Below, one piece after another: positions 26,955 through 42,045 of a stretch of 64,000 nucleotides of DNA. The notes below the pieces were generated by a model. That model saw only the letters and a list, made by a program, of their open reading frames with translations. It was not told the DNA's origin and ran no database searches. Numbering within the stretch: the stretch's first letter is position 1; each line of letters begins with the position of its first letter. Source of the DNA: Eledone cirrhosa (lineage: Eukaryota); the NCBI GenBank assembly GCA_964016885.1, contig OZ024749.1, positions 34,286,001-34,350,000 on the forward strand, given 5' to 3'. Made by a program: the position numbers and the translations under genes.

Positions 26955-28329
26955 ACTATTTATTATTTAAAAAACTATATTATTTCAAACGTAACAATTA
27001 TTATCTTCATTTCGTCTCTCTCCTAACATTGTAAACTGCTAGAGAAGGGTGGAGAGGGCAACCATGAACAACAAGTAGTAATTAAAATAAAACACCGTAA
27101 CATATATTTTAAAACATCTTTATTTTTGTAAATTAAAAGCTACTTTGTTTTTCTTTTTTTAAAATTATTTTTGTATTTTTCTGGCATCATATGTAGATGT
27201 ATCATGGTCGATGGGTTAGACGTTCACTTCGCAATCATTAGGTCCTGAGTTTGATCCCACCATATGACAGCTAGAGAAAGTGACATTTTCCATAACTTTA
27301 GTCCTAAAATAGAAATAATTATCAACTACTAAACACCAACAATGCCAACTACATAGTCATCATCATCATCATCATCATTTAATGTCCATTTTCCACGCTA
27401 GCATGAGTAGGAGGGGCTGTCCCGTTGTGATAGATTCAGGTCAAAGGACCATGTTTCGCTCACATGAACTGATTTTGGCTTGGTTTCTACGGCTGGATGC
27501 CCTTCCTAACGCCAACCACTTTACAGTGTAGGGTGGGTACTTTTCTATTGTGAGACCTACACAAACACTTTATAGTGTGAGCTGGGTGCTTTAGTCGTGA
27601 CACCTACACAACTACTTTACAAAGAGGACAGCGCTTTTTGTTGACACCTACATGACCACTTTACAGTGTCGACTCGGCGTTTTTGTCGTGACACCTACAT
27701 GACCACTTTATAGTGTGGCTGGGCACTTTTATCATGGCTCCATTGGGACCACTTTATAGTCGAAGTGGGGAATTGAGGCGGTAGACAGTGATATTTTTGA
27801 TTTATATAGATAAAAGTGCATAGTAATAATTGTGAAGGCTGGTGCCTTGAAATTGTGCTGCCCCAATATGGTCGTTTTCTAATGGCTAATGCTAGGAAAA
27901 GGAAAGAATGTAAAAATATATTAACCATATTCACAATACTATATAATCGAGGAAATTAGCAACGAGTATCGTATTTAGATAAGCAGTGCTAATACTGTAA
28001 GATTAGTCATGGAATGGTAGAAATGGTGCAATACAGTGAGAGGGGGAAATTTATTTCAACAATTTAATAGTGAAAGGGAAGTAAATCTTGTAACACGGTA
28101 GTCCTACGCAAATTATCTCCCTTTGTTCGTTATTCGAATCGTTTTAAAAGTTGCAACACAACAACGAAGTTTCTACTTGGTGATGCAATCTGGTTCATGT
28201 GAATGTAATTAGTAAGAGGACGCTGCTCTATTAGCCTTGTTTTATTCAAATTGTTCGAGGTATTTCTATCTGATTGAGCGACCAAGGAACTAAAGAAGAA
28301 GTCTGTGTTCTATATATTTCGGAAATACC

Positions 28330-28680
28330 TGGATCTATCTAATAATTATTTTTTCCAGCCTGTGGCGTTCGAGAGGTTTGGAGTTGGTGGCTCACCTTAT
28401 CTAGGTGTCGGTTGTTTCAGCACCTTAGCCTCGCCATCACCCATAGTAATATTGCGGGTGTGTTGCCTAGCTTCAAAAAATTCCGTTGACCCTTGTGCGG
28501 TCGATTGTCGTACTTGGTGGTGAATTAATGTTCGTTTTCGCTTTTGTTTTAGCTTCCACCATTTGTTTGTCTTTTTTTTCTCGCTCTTTTTTCTTTCGTT
28601 TTTGTGAGGTTCCTAGCAGTGGTTAATTGTATTTGTTATATCTGATCAACGACATTATATTTGTAACATTATTTGTAATG
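28330..28680 (+). mobile_element. Second copy of the same retroelement 3' UTR
   Basis: ggctcacctta...gcctcgccatcaccc...aaaaaattccg.tgaccctt shared with 41911-42042. Confidence 0.5.
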
Positions 28681-28948
28681 TTCCGCCGAGGTTGACTTTG
28701 CCTTTCATCCTTACGGGGTCGATAAAATAAAGTACCAGTAATGCACGGTAATTGCTGGCCTTGTGCCTAAAGTAGAAACAGTTATTTATGTATATATTTA
28801 AAACTTAATGAAATAAATATTTTTCACACAAAATAATTCTTGTTTATGTTTTGTAATAAAGCGATTCGACAAAAAGAGATTAATAAAACAATGGTTTGGC
28901 TTGAAAGAAATGTGTACTAGGATCGATTATCATCGACCAAATCCCTTT

Positions 28949-29153
28949 CCCTTTAGCATTTAAAAGGGCCGTATGCGGCCAAAATTCTCTTCCCGCTTTC
29001 TGTTCAAACTGGCTGTAACCGACTACTCATACTGATGTTAAGGTATTGTTTTCAAAATAAATAATATCAAAGTATTGGAGATTCGATATTATGTGAAGTA
29101 ATTATCTACCGTGAAAATACAATAGAAAATATAGAGTAATATAAAGTAAAGGG
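28949..29153. mobile_element. piggyBac-like MITE
   Basis: ccctttagcattta...aaaggg-TTAA, with internal similarity to the 13076 and 13556 copies. Confidence 0.65.
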
Positions 29154-30751
29154 TTAAAACGTTACTACGTTTTGAACATATTTAATATCTCTGTACGATC
29201 ATTAATTTAGTTATATATATTAGGTATTGCCGTAGTCTGATCGTGGTCTTTTAGCATATCTCACCTTGGGTTGTTGTTTTTTAAAATTTATTTTGCATTT
29301 TATGTATTTATTCTTATGTGCTCTTATTTACTGGCCTTCATTCTACGTTTAACCTTTATTTTATTTTATTTTTTAATGTTAATACTTAAATGTTGGTGAT
29401 TTCAGTTTTAAAGTTTTAGTCAGAGGTAGCTTTGAGTAGTTATTAACTTGGTTTTGTTTGCAATATGCATCCGCACACTCACGCATAAGTATCGGCTTGT
29501 GCATCCCAATACATTGCATCTACATGGTCAATAATCTATTGTATACAGATGGATACATGTTTATATACGTAGAGTCATCCATGTTTCAATTTTTACATAT
29601 TTTTACTCAAGTCAAACACAACAAAATATTGTCGTCTGCTTCGGAATCTATTTTATTTATTTATTATCTATTAACTTAATTTATATTTTCTTTCGTTTTT
29701 TTTTTTTTTCAATCTACAAGGGAAAGTAAAGTAATATAAACACATTCACACATGTATACATGTGTATCACAACAAACCAATCAGTTCAACAGTTGGTGTT
29801 ATGTTTTAATACTGATAAAGGAATATTTTCTGTTTATACTGAATCAATTAGCATTTTGGACTGAGGGACCGGAAATAGAATTATGAATTGTTTTTGGAAG
29901 GTTTTTCGACGTTGTTGTCGTCGTCTGCATCGGCGCCCGTGGAGGCGTGCAGCATGCACCACAGGTTTCGCACAAGATAAAGGAACCACCGCTCGACGAC
30001 GACTTCCACCGACTGAGCGAGGAAACTACGTATATATATATAATAAAAGGACGATTTGTTATGTCTTCATTACATTTATTGATTGGTGACACGGTAATAA
30101 ATGTAATGTCTTCATTACATTTATTGATTGGTGACACGGTTCGATCTGGCCCGACTCTGAAATCAAAAGTTCCTCGGACCTCTGCTGTGGTAATGACTAT
30201 TTAGCTCTACACCTCGTTACAGACGTGAATCTAAACATCGAATGCTCATCTGGGTGAACCTACAGTCACTGCACGTTATCCTCCCTGTATATATATATAA
30301 CCAAGATTTGATACCTTTAAGATCTGAGTTCAAATCCTGCCGAGGTTAACTTTGCCTTTCATCTTTACGGAGTCGATAAAATAAAGTACCAGCAATGCAC
30401 TGGGATAATTGGTGGCCTTGCGCCAATAGTAGAAACAATTATTTAATTGATTTACACGTCTCATTCACATACAGGAGGTAACATTCTATTCTTGATCTAC
30501 CATATGTGTGTGTGTGCGAATCGAACATATACCGCTGGATGTGTAACGTACGAGTAATTAAACGACGAACCCCGGATGATTTGTTAATGTGTAAGGGTGG
30601 TGAGATGCAGTGATGTTTTAGTATCATAGACATATATTAAACGAAGTAAATAAACAATTAGCCTGTTAAAATTCCGTTTCCTCCAAGTGTGAACCTAATA
30701 TGACTTAGTATTTTTGCATCCCTGTGTAAGTTTTGTTTCATTTATCAACTA

Positions 30752-30949
30752 ACGTATTTCCCGGCATCGAAGATGCTACTTTTTCACCAAAATAAGTCTT
30801 AAAAATCTACCAGGCGTCCTGGATTTTCACCAGAATAAGTCTTAAAAATCTACCAGGCGTCTATATTTTAATTTTTTTTTCAAATTTTTGGTTGTCAAAA
30901 TTGGGGTGCGTCCTCGAGGACGAAGCGTCTTCGGCGCAGGGAAACACGG
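30752..30949. mobile_element. pogo/Tc2-like MITE (TA TSD)
   Basis: TIRs cgtatttcccggcatcgaagatgc and gcgtcttcggcgcagggaaacacgg-TA, with an internal tandem duplication. Second copy at 59842. Confidence 0.7.
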
Positions 30950-31055
30950 TATTTTCCCATGCTTACGTGCCCCATCCGCTATTCGAACCTGGATAATTAC
31001 GCTGAAGATGGATTACCATGGATTAACCAGTCTCTGGATTGCCGGATTTTGAACT

Positions 31056-31144
<89 letters not shown>

Positions 31145-31166
31145 ACATATATATATTTTCCACATT

Positions 31167-31197
<31 letters not shown>

Positions 31198-32311
31198 TAT
31201 ATATGAATGTGCTGGTATGATGGAATACATCCAAGGTAAGTTCTATAAGTTAACTTTATATGTATTTAAAGGCATTTGAGTGTTTATTTTTTTAGGAAGA
31301 TTTATCAGCTACTTCTAGTTTATTGAGCGATCGCATAGGGACGTTCCCCGTTGAGCTAGAAATTGCAGCGAAATCTCCCCCCAAAAAGATTACTGGATGT
31401 TACAATGCTCAATGTTATCGTCGATATACAAAACGATACTTTGCTGGGTTAATGAAGGGTAGGCCGTCTTTGCTTCGAGGTTTGCTTCCGCAGAGCTGAA
31501 TATGTGTGTGCGAGAGTTTACACGCGTATTTGTAAGTCTGTCTGTTCATCAAGTGTGACCCGTCATAAAACGGATAAATTTGGGGAGTGTATATATTTGT
31601 CACTGTGGGTAGCATCAAGTAATTTTATGTCGGTAAATATAATTATAATTCTGTGGTAGTTTTATAAAACATTTTATTTCAGAAGTTTATTCAGACAGTG
31701 GTTTCTACAAGGGTAAATGGTAAAATTATCGAGTCACTAACCATCCACTATTAACACTCCAGCTTTTCTCATTCATACAATTACTGCTAATGTATGTTAT
31801 TATTAGTTTTAAGGAGTTTTAAACTGGTTCAGTACCACTTAACAGACGACAGTTGACTACACAAGACTGACACTGATGATGTCCCCCTCTTCCACATATG
31901 AATCAAATATCTGCACACACGCAATAATCTTCCAATGCCCAGTTTTTCTCTCAAATCATCCAGGGTTCATCGTTCAATTACTCGTAAGTTATAAATCTAG
32001 TGAAGAATGTTCGATTCGTGTAGATATACATACGTATATATTATGCAAAGTCGTGTACACGCATATATGTATATTTTAATATTTATTTATATAAATATGT
32101 AGCACAAAATATCCGTATGTGGTTAAGAAAGTAGTGTAAGAGCTAATATATATTTATGTTCATACTCAGATAAAAAAAGGGCTACCTTAGTTTTGGCCAC
32201 CTCCTCGTACTGTGTACGGTCTGGGAAGATGGTAATTACTAGACATTGAAACCAAAATTACCGCTTTCCCATTCTGTGTATGAACATAAACAAAGAATAT
32301 GTATGCATACG

Positions 32312-32349
<38 letters not shown>

Positions 32350-32579
32350 GAAAAAGTATGACCCCGACGGCAGAGCTCAAGCCGTTTCGACGGCTATTTC
32401 TGGACTAAATTAGAATTTTTAGCCTGGTGAATAAATAGCGAACTTTTCAAGGGGGTACTTTCTTATATGGGAAGATTGTAGTTGTCAAGAGGATTGGTTA
32501 AAATTTGTTGTAAACAAATAAGTCTATCATGGCATTTGGTGGGAGGTAGGGGTGGCTGAACTTGCCTGTATAATTTACC

Positions 32580-32613
<34 letters not shown>

Positions 32614-33492
32614 TCTTGGCGAGTATCCAAGTCTCAGACCCGTACAGCAGCACAGACTCCCCTACAGCAATAAAGAGGCGGATTTTCAGGTCTTTACGAA
32701 GGTCCGACTTCCACACCTATCTCAAGCTGTGGCACGCCGCCCAGGCTTTGCTCTTCCTCTCAACCACATCATCTTCCGTATTCCCAATCTTTGCTCCCAA
32801 ATACAGGAAGCCCTCAACCAATTCTAGCGACTTCCCGCCTACATTAGTGATCCCATCTGGCTTCTCAACATTCTCTACCAGATATTTTGTTTTAGTCTCA
32901 TTCATTCTCAGCCCTACACTCATCGATACAGTCTCAACCTCCCGCATCAAATCCTCCGCCTCCTTCACTGTATTTGTCACCAAAACTATGTCGTCGGCAA
33001 ATTCAGCATCTGATACCTTTTTCGCCTTAACTCTCCTGCTCTGAGCCGGTGCTACAGTAAAGCCAGAGTCCTGGTCTTTCTCCAGTGTAAGGCGCATACA
33101 ATAGTCCACTACGATGATAAAAAGGTAGGGAGCCAATGTATCTCCCTGGAGCACTCCAGCCAGTATCTCAAAGAACTCTGTCATCCCATCAGGTGTAATG
33201 ACTTGGGCTTTGGTGTTGGTGTAGAGCAGTGATATCAGGTCCACTATCCTCTTGGAGGAGACTGGGGTCAGCTGGACATGCTCACCGACATCCAGAGTTG
33301 ACATTGCACTCAGTGCTCCTGTGGGAGCCCCAACATGGACACACTGGAAGAGGAAGACCAAGGTTAACGTATGTTGATGCCCTAAGGACAGACACTGGTC
33401 TGTTGGAGACGCAGGACATGGCAGCGATAATGAGGGACAGAGACCGCTGGAGAGAACTCGTCCATGGATCTCGGGAATTTTACCCGCCCTAG
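32614..33492. mobile_element. Young RTE-X-like LINE insertion with an inverted 5' segment, inside (TA)n
   Basis: Minus strand 33255-32614 encodes RT (GVLQGDTLAPYLF, FADDI, FLYLG, LLYGSETW). Plus strand 33254-33492 encodes the C-terminus (AGHAHRHPE...LLWEP...GRPRLTYVD). Confidence 0.85.
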
Positions 33493-33517
33493 ATATATAT
33501 ATATATACAAAATTAAA

Positions 33518-33602
<85 letters not shown>

Positions 33603-33679
33603 CGTATAGTTGCTAGGATGCGTCCATAGGCGGTAAGCCGGTTGAGCACTCTATGTTCCTTCGGAGCAGAGTATGATAA

Positions 33680-33831
33680 AATGGAAAACGAAGAGTCAGT
33701 GATGCATCGGAACACAATTTATTACGTATTTCTCCTGCGAACAGCTCGAGGTGCGATCTGTTCGCCGGGGAAATAATTGTAATACGTAATAAATTGTGTT
33801 CCGATGCATCACTGATTCTTCGTTTTCCATT
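33680..33831. repeat. About 150-nt foldback palindrome
   Basis: About 50-bp arms with 1 mismatch, plus an inner stem tttctcctgcgaacag/ctgttcgccggggaaa. Confidence 0.9.
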
Positions 33832-35020
33832 ATATATATATGAGAGAAAGAATTCATCGCTAGGATAGACGTTAAAACAGCAAAATGTTGACAGCGGTAG
33901 GTAAAAATGCCTCAGGGGACAGAGACCTGCGGCCAATGGTCGACACAGAGAGAGAGAGAGAGAGAGACAATCCACGAGATGTGTGACTGGCAGATGAATA
34001 CATACATCATTAAATAGCTTTGATTTTATATTGTAAGGATTACAATTTATTAAAACGTGATTAAAAAATATCAATATATATATATATATATATATATATA
34101 AGTAGAAGTGGTATTTATTAATAACCCTATATTTATTTTAACGTGGTTGTATGGTGAGGAAGTTGCTACTGAGATAACCTGAATTTGAGACAGACCAAAA
34201 CTCTTCGCCTAGATTTGGTTAAAGAGAATAGTTTTGATCGGCTCGTGGCAACACCAACTCTCACGCGCACACAAACTGTCACACACCATACGCACATCCA
34301 TACATACAACACTGATTACCTCCCCTCGACTATTTTTTTTTATGAAAGTGTCTGCACACACGCATTTCTATTCCAATGACCAGTTTTTTTCTCTCACTTC
34401 ATCCGAGTTTCGTCGTTCATTTTACTTGTGTTGTACATCCAGTGGATCGTATTCTATTTGTTAACATGTGCACACTGGAATATATATACATATATGTATA
34501 TAAATACAACGCACACACTCTCTCTCTCTCTCTCTGAGTGGTTAGAGAATTAGATTCGTAATAGTGAGGTTGTAAGTTCGATTTCCGGACCGGGCGATAC
34601 GTTATGTCCTTGAGCAAGACACTTTATTTCACGTTGCTCCTTCTACCTGGAGTTGCGACCGATAGATAGTATTAACAATTGGAAAGACCAACGGAAACAT
34701 TGTTTCCTCGGTCCGGTTTGACGAAAGTCGATCGACTGTCGATATATATATGTGACATTCAACAACCAACCAAATCTTAATACCTCTGGAGCCACTTTTT
34801 TCACATAAAACAGGTAGAATTTCCAAAACTGATCAGAGTAGAGCAAACATCACGGGCGCTCTATCTCAAAATTATTTTTGAAAAGCATTAGAAATGCGCA
34901 ACCGGTAAAAACTTAAAACTAAAACTGAATACTAACCAATACTTATTACTAATTTTTACTTATTCCTAATTAAACTATTTTTCACTGGGAACAATTTGTC
35001 AGCATTTTCTTTTCCTTTTA

Positions 35021-35023
<3 letters not shown>

Positions 35024-35092
<69 letters not shown>

Positions 35093-35252
35093 ATATATAT
35101 ATTAGATGTATATATATATATATATTAGATGTATATATATATATATATATATATTAGATATATATATATATATATTAGATATATATATATATATATTAGA
35201 TGTATATATATATATTAGATGTATATATATATATATATATATATATTAGATG

Positions 35253-35283
<31 letters not shown>

Positions 35284-35339
35284 TATATATTATAAGTATA
35301 TATATATGTAAATATATTTAATGTATATATCTATGTATA

Positions 35340-35383
<44 letters not shown>

Positions 35384-35742
35384 TATATATATATATATAT
35401 ATTATATGTATATATATATATATTATATGTATATATATATATATATATTATATGTATATATATATATTATATGTATATATATATATTATATGTATATATA
35501 TATATTATATGTATATATATATATTATATGTATATATATATATTATATGTATATATATATATTATATATATATATATATATTATATGTATATATATATAT
35601 ATTATATGTATATATATATATTATATGTATATATATATATTATATGTATATATATATATTATATATATATATATATATATTATATGTATATATATATATA
35701 TTATATGTATATATATATATATATTATATGTATATATATATA
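35024..35742. repeat. Compound (TA)n microsatellite
   Basis: TA runs punctuated by ttagatg and ttatatg. Confidence 0.95.
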
Positions 35743-36430
35743 GATTCTACTGAAAAAACTGTTCAATGTTGGTGTCTCTGGAAGGTTACTAAAGTGGATC
35801 AAATGTTTCCTGACAGGCAGGACCCAGCATGTTGTAGTCGAAGGAGTAAAATCAAGCCCTGCCAAAGTCAGCAGTGGCGTCCCACAAGCCACTGTGTTGG
35901 GCCCACTTCTTTTCATCATCTACATTACTGACATTACTGACATCATCAAACACAGTAACATCAGAATCTTCGCAGATGATTCCAAGCTCCAAAGGGTCAT
36001 CAATGAGGTGGGTGACCGGACTTGCCTTCAGTCAGACCTACTGGCTGTTATCCAATGGGCAGAGATGAATAATATGCTGTTCAATGAGGATAAATTTGAA
36101 CTAATCCACTTTGGAAAAAAGGATGCTCTGAAACTTCCATACTCTCTTCCTTCGGGTGGAACTCTGGTGGCCTCCAATAACATCAGAGACCTGGGAGTAA
36201 TTGTGGACAACAATATAAGCTGGGCCACTCATATAAACAGCAAAGTTGATATGGCCCGCAGAATCTGTTCCTGGATTCTCAGAACTTTCCAGTCGAGAGA
36301 TATCCACACTGTTGTCCTTCTCTTCTCTACTTTTGCCCGACCCCACCTTGAATACTGTTGTCCACTGTGGTCATCCCACACGAAACAAAGTATCATGAAA
36401 GTTGAAGCACCCCAAAGGTCAATTACATTA
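35742..36430 (+). mobile_element. CR1-like LINE internal RT fragment with an intact frame
   Basis: SGVPQATVLGPLLFIIYI, IFADDSKL, IRDLGVIVD, RPHLEYC. Flanked by (TA)n on both sides. Confidence 0.9.
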
Positions 36431-36457
36431 TATATGTGTATATATATATATATATAT

Positions 36458-36800
36458 GGAGGCACATGGCTTAGTGGTTAGAGCATTGGCCTTGCAATCG
36501 AAAGGTTGTGAGTTCAATTCTCAGACCGGGTGATGTGTTGTTTCCTTGAGCAAGACACTTTATTTCACATTGCTCCAGTTTACTCAGCTGTAGAAATGAG
36601 ATGATAGGGACTGGGGTCCATATCATCCCACTGCAAAGTGGTCGTGGAGGTGCCACGGCAAAAAAGCACCCAGCACTCACTGTAAATGAGGTTGGTGTTA
36701 GGAAGGGCATCCAGCTGTAGAAATAAAGCCAAAATCAGTTCCCGTCCCACCCTTGCAAGCAGGGAAAAAGCGGACGTAAAATGAAATGATGATGATGATG
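36458..36800 (+). mobile_element. Full-length CORE-type SINE, same subfamily
   Basis: Near-identical to 1749-2085 (reverse complement) and 43172-43518. Confidence 0.85.
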
Positions 36801-37943
36801 ATATCATAAAACATGTCTTTAGAATCACTAGATAAAATATATACCGTTTCCTCTCCCAATTAGCATAATTAACCATATAAAAAATCAATTAGACCAAGCT
36901 ATAAGAATAAAGGCTCCTATGAAGGAATCTCCGACAAATAACCGAAAGCAGCCCCTTCGCGGCAGTTACGACGGAGTATTTATCGAACATTTCGACAGCA
37001 TGTATAAATCGACCAGATATACAGTCAACTAAACACAATTAGATGTAAAATAAACTTAGAAGAAACGTGTACATATTTAATTACCTCTACCATGGTTTCA
37101 TCCGTATTTTAAGACATCCGATAACAGGGGATATCCAGAGCTTCGGATTCATCAGGAGTTAGCTCAAAATTAGACAATTAATTTTCCAAAGTGATCGCGC
37201 CAACAATACATTAAAAAATGGCTAAGAATCGTGACGTGACAGCGGTCAAGTTAGAAAGGATGTGATTAGTTGCTTACGGCTGGTAGGCTTATTGCTAGAA
37301 AGTGCAGCCCAATACAGCCAAATTGTATCTCAACCTAACGGGAGATTATTACATATAAAGGTTTACATATATATATAAAGTCATAGATATATATGTGTTT
37401 TGCAACGGGTCAATTTGTGGCTCAATGAAGAATTAATAAATTCACTTTGGAAAATTAATTGTCTAATTTTGAGCTAACTTTTGATGAATCCGAAGCTCTG
37501 GATATCCCCTGTTATCGGATGTCTTAAAATACGGATGAAACCATGGTAGAGGTAATTAAATATGTACACGTTTCTTCTAAGTTTATTTTACACCTAATTG
37601 TGTTTAGTTGACTGTATATCTGGTCGATTTATACATGCTGTCGAAATATTCGATAAATACTCCGTCGTAACTGCCGCGAAGGGGCTGCTTTCGGTTATTT
37701 GTCGGAGATTTCTTCATAGGAGCCTTTATTCTTATAGCTTGGTCTAATTGATTTTTTATATGGTTAATTATGCTAATTGGGAGAGGAAACGGTATATATT
37801 TTATCTAGTGATTCTATAGACATGTTTTATGATATATAGCTCTGATTATTTAATTTATTAATTCTTCATTGAGCCACAACGTGACCCGTTGCAAAACATA
37901 TATATATCTATGACTTTATATATATATGTAAACCTTTATATGT
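36801..37943. repeat. Interleaved long inverted repeats
   Basis: 36801-37194 is the reverse complement of 37442-37835 (394 bp, about 6 mismatches). 37351-37442 is the reverse complement of about 37852-37943. Confidence 0.95.
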
Positions 37944-40010
<2,067 letters not shown>

Positions 40011-40592
40011 TATCCAATTACACCTCTCAAAGACAATGACACACGACCGTGACTTCTGGCGTTACGCAGTAATACAGAGTACCCGACCTCCCATGGGTAC
40101 ATGCTGAAGCATATAAACAATATGCCCCCACACCCCCCACCGCAAGGTGGTCGTGGAGGTGCCACGGCAAAAAAGCACCTAGCCCACACTGTAAAGTGGA
40201 CGTGTAGGCACCACGAAAAAGCACCCAGCACTCACTGTAAATGAGGTTGGTGTTAAGAAGGGCATCCAGCTGTAGAAATCAAGCCAGATCAGTTCCTGTA
40301 TGAGCAAGGCATGGTCAGCCGACCAGACACTGCACACAACAGGACAACCCGTCTAACCCATGCTAGCGTGGAAGAACGGACGTAAAACGGTGATATATAT
40401 ATATATATATATATACTAGGCTTACTTGAGATATGGAAAATCATACAAACTAGGGGAATTTGTGTTTTTATAAATCTATGTTTAAATTTATAGTTTCTCT
40501 TGATAACTGACACATGGAACTGATTAAAGATAAGAATGATATTTTAATAATTTATTTCTAAAAGATATGATTACATAAATGCTCAGCATATA

Positions 40593-40660
40593 CAAGGTGT
40601 CCCAAAAATGTACACACATATATTAGACTGCTGTTGAAGTGTGTATTAGGAGACACCCTG
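40593..40660. mobile_element. 68-bp Tc1/mariner-type mini-MITE
   Basis: TA-caaggtgtccc...ggagacaccctg-TA. A related degenerate copy starts near 42099. Confidence 0.55.
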
Positions 40661-41123
40661 TATGTATAAATGACCTACAAATGTAGGAGTAACTTTGGAG
40701 AAATAATTATTTACAGGAACAAATTTAGGGTTAGAACCCAGGACTTTGTGATTGGAAAGTGAACTTATTGTAACAACATGACAAAGATAGGAAATGAATT
40801 GTGATTATGAGTGTGCAAATTTTATAATTTACACACGCTTACACATAGACGATACATATATATATATATATATACACACACAAATACAGGTGCTATATTA
40901 TGCTTGACTGAATATGTTTTCAGGCATTACGGTATGTGGTAGTTGTTTTTCTTTTCTAGGTTTTTAAAATTTTATTTAACAATGAAAATAATTCCTTCCC
41001 TTTCTTTGTCAAGTGGAATGTGTAGGTTGTGTGGGGGGTCTTATATTTATTATGGACTTAGCAACTAGGTTACTGTTGATCAGCTTTAGTTGCTAAGGAA
41101 TTAGGTGTTTAATGTAATGTATG

Positions 41124-41183
<60 letters not shown>

Positions 41184-41365
41184 CATACATACACTTGTAG
41201 CACGTAAATACCACTGAAAATACTGTTACCAGTAAGAGTAAATATCTTAAAAGGAAACACGAAAGATAGTAAGATGTACTATCTGTGGCAGTTTAAGATA
41301 TTCATTATTCCTTTGCCTTAAAACTAAGAACTAGTGTCTTGTAAACAAAGGTAACAAAACGTAAG

Positions 41366-41448
41366 ATGAATACATACATCTTACGGACATATGGCCAGGC
41401 GAATGCGACGAAAGAGAGTACGGGTAATTATCCATTATGGGATTACAG
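41366..41448 (+). CDS. Candidate first coding exon of the FAM124-family gene
   Basis: ATG at 41366 opens MNTYILRTYGQANATKESTGNYPLWDY(R) and ends at a strong CAG|gtaagg donor in phase 2, which joins the 47625 micro-exon in frame. No homology support. Confidence 0.5.
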
Positions 41449-41566
41449 GTAAGGTACCAAGAAATAATGATAATATATTTTTTTCTGGCAAGCGTAGTGA
41501 TTTATTTTTCACTTTCCATACATTCATTTGTTCTTATATAATAAAAAGATGAACTAGTTTAATTAA

Positions 41567-42045
41567 TTTTTTTTTTTTTTATTCAAACGTCCTAACATAT
41601 GAATGTAATTTATATAAGGAATAACATTACAAATATGTTTTAAGAACACACAAGCAGGTAATACACACATCTAGGACCACAAACAACAAAACGCAAGCGA
41701 GAGGAGTGGACAAACGAACCGCTGCTAGAAAAAAAAAGATAACGATGTAATAAGTATATACAATTAAATAGACATACATATAATCAATTAATTTATTGCT
41801 AGGGACTTTATAAATATAATATACAAAAATATATAATCAAAGAGAGAGAAATAAACCAACAAAAAAACCTATCAAATCACTACTAAGTGCGTAGATTGGG
41901 CACACCACCATAAGGGTCATCGGAATTTTTTGAGTCAAGCCAATACGCTCATAGCATTACCGCGGGTGATGGCGAGGCGAAGGCGTTGAAACAACTAAGC
42001 ACCCCTCACGGGCATCACCTGACACCTCGGTAAGGTGAGCCCCTA
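41567..42045 (-). mobile_element. Poly(A)-tailed retroelement 3' UTR (L1/Tx1-like)
   Basis: The minus strand ends in AATAAA running into an A-tract. 41911-42042 is homologous, in inverted orientation, to 28389-28500. Confidence 0.55.

Noticed and set aside
37135-37160. Possible minimal hammerhead ribozyme (CTGATGA on the minus strand)
   Set aside because: Followed by GAAG rather than GAAA, no convincing stems, and the motif is mutated in the other arm.
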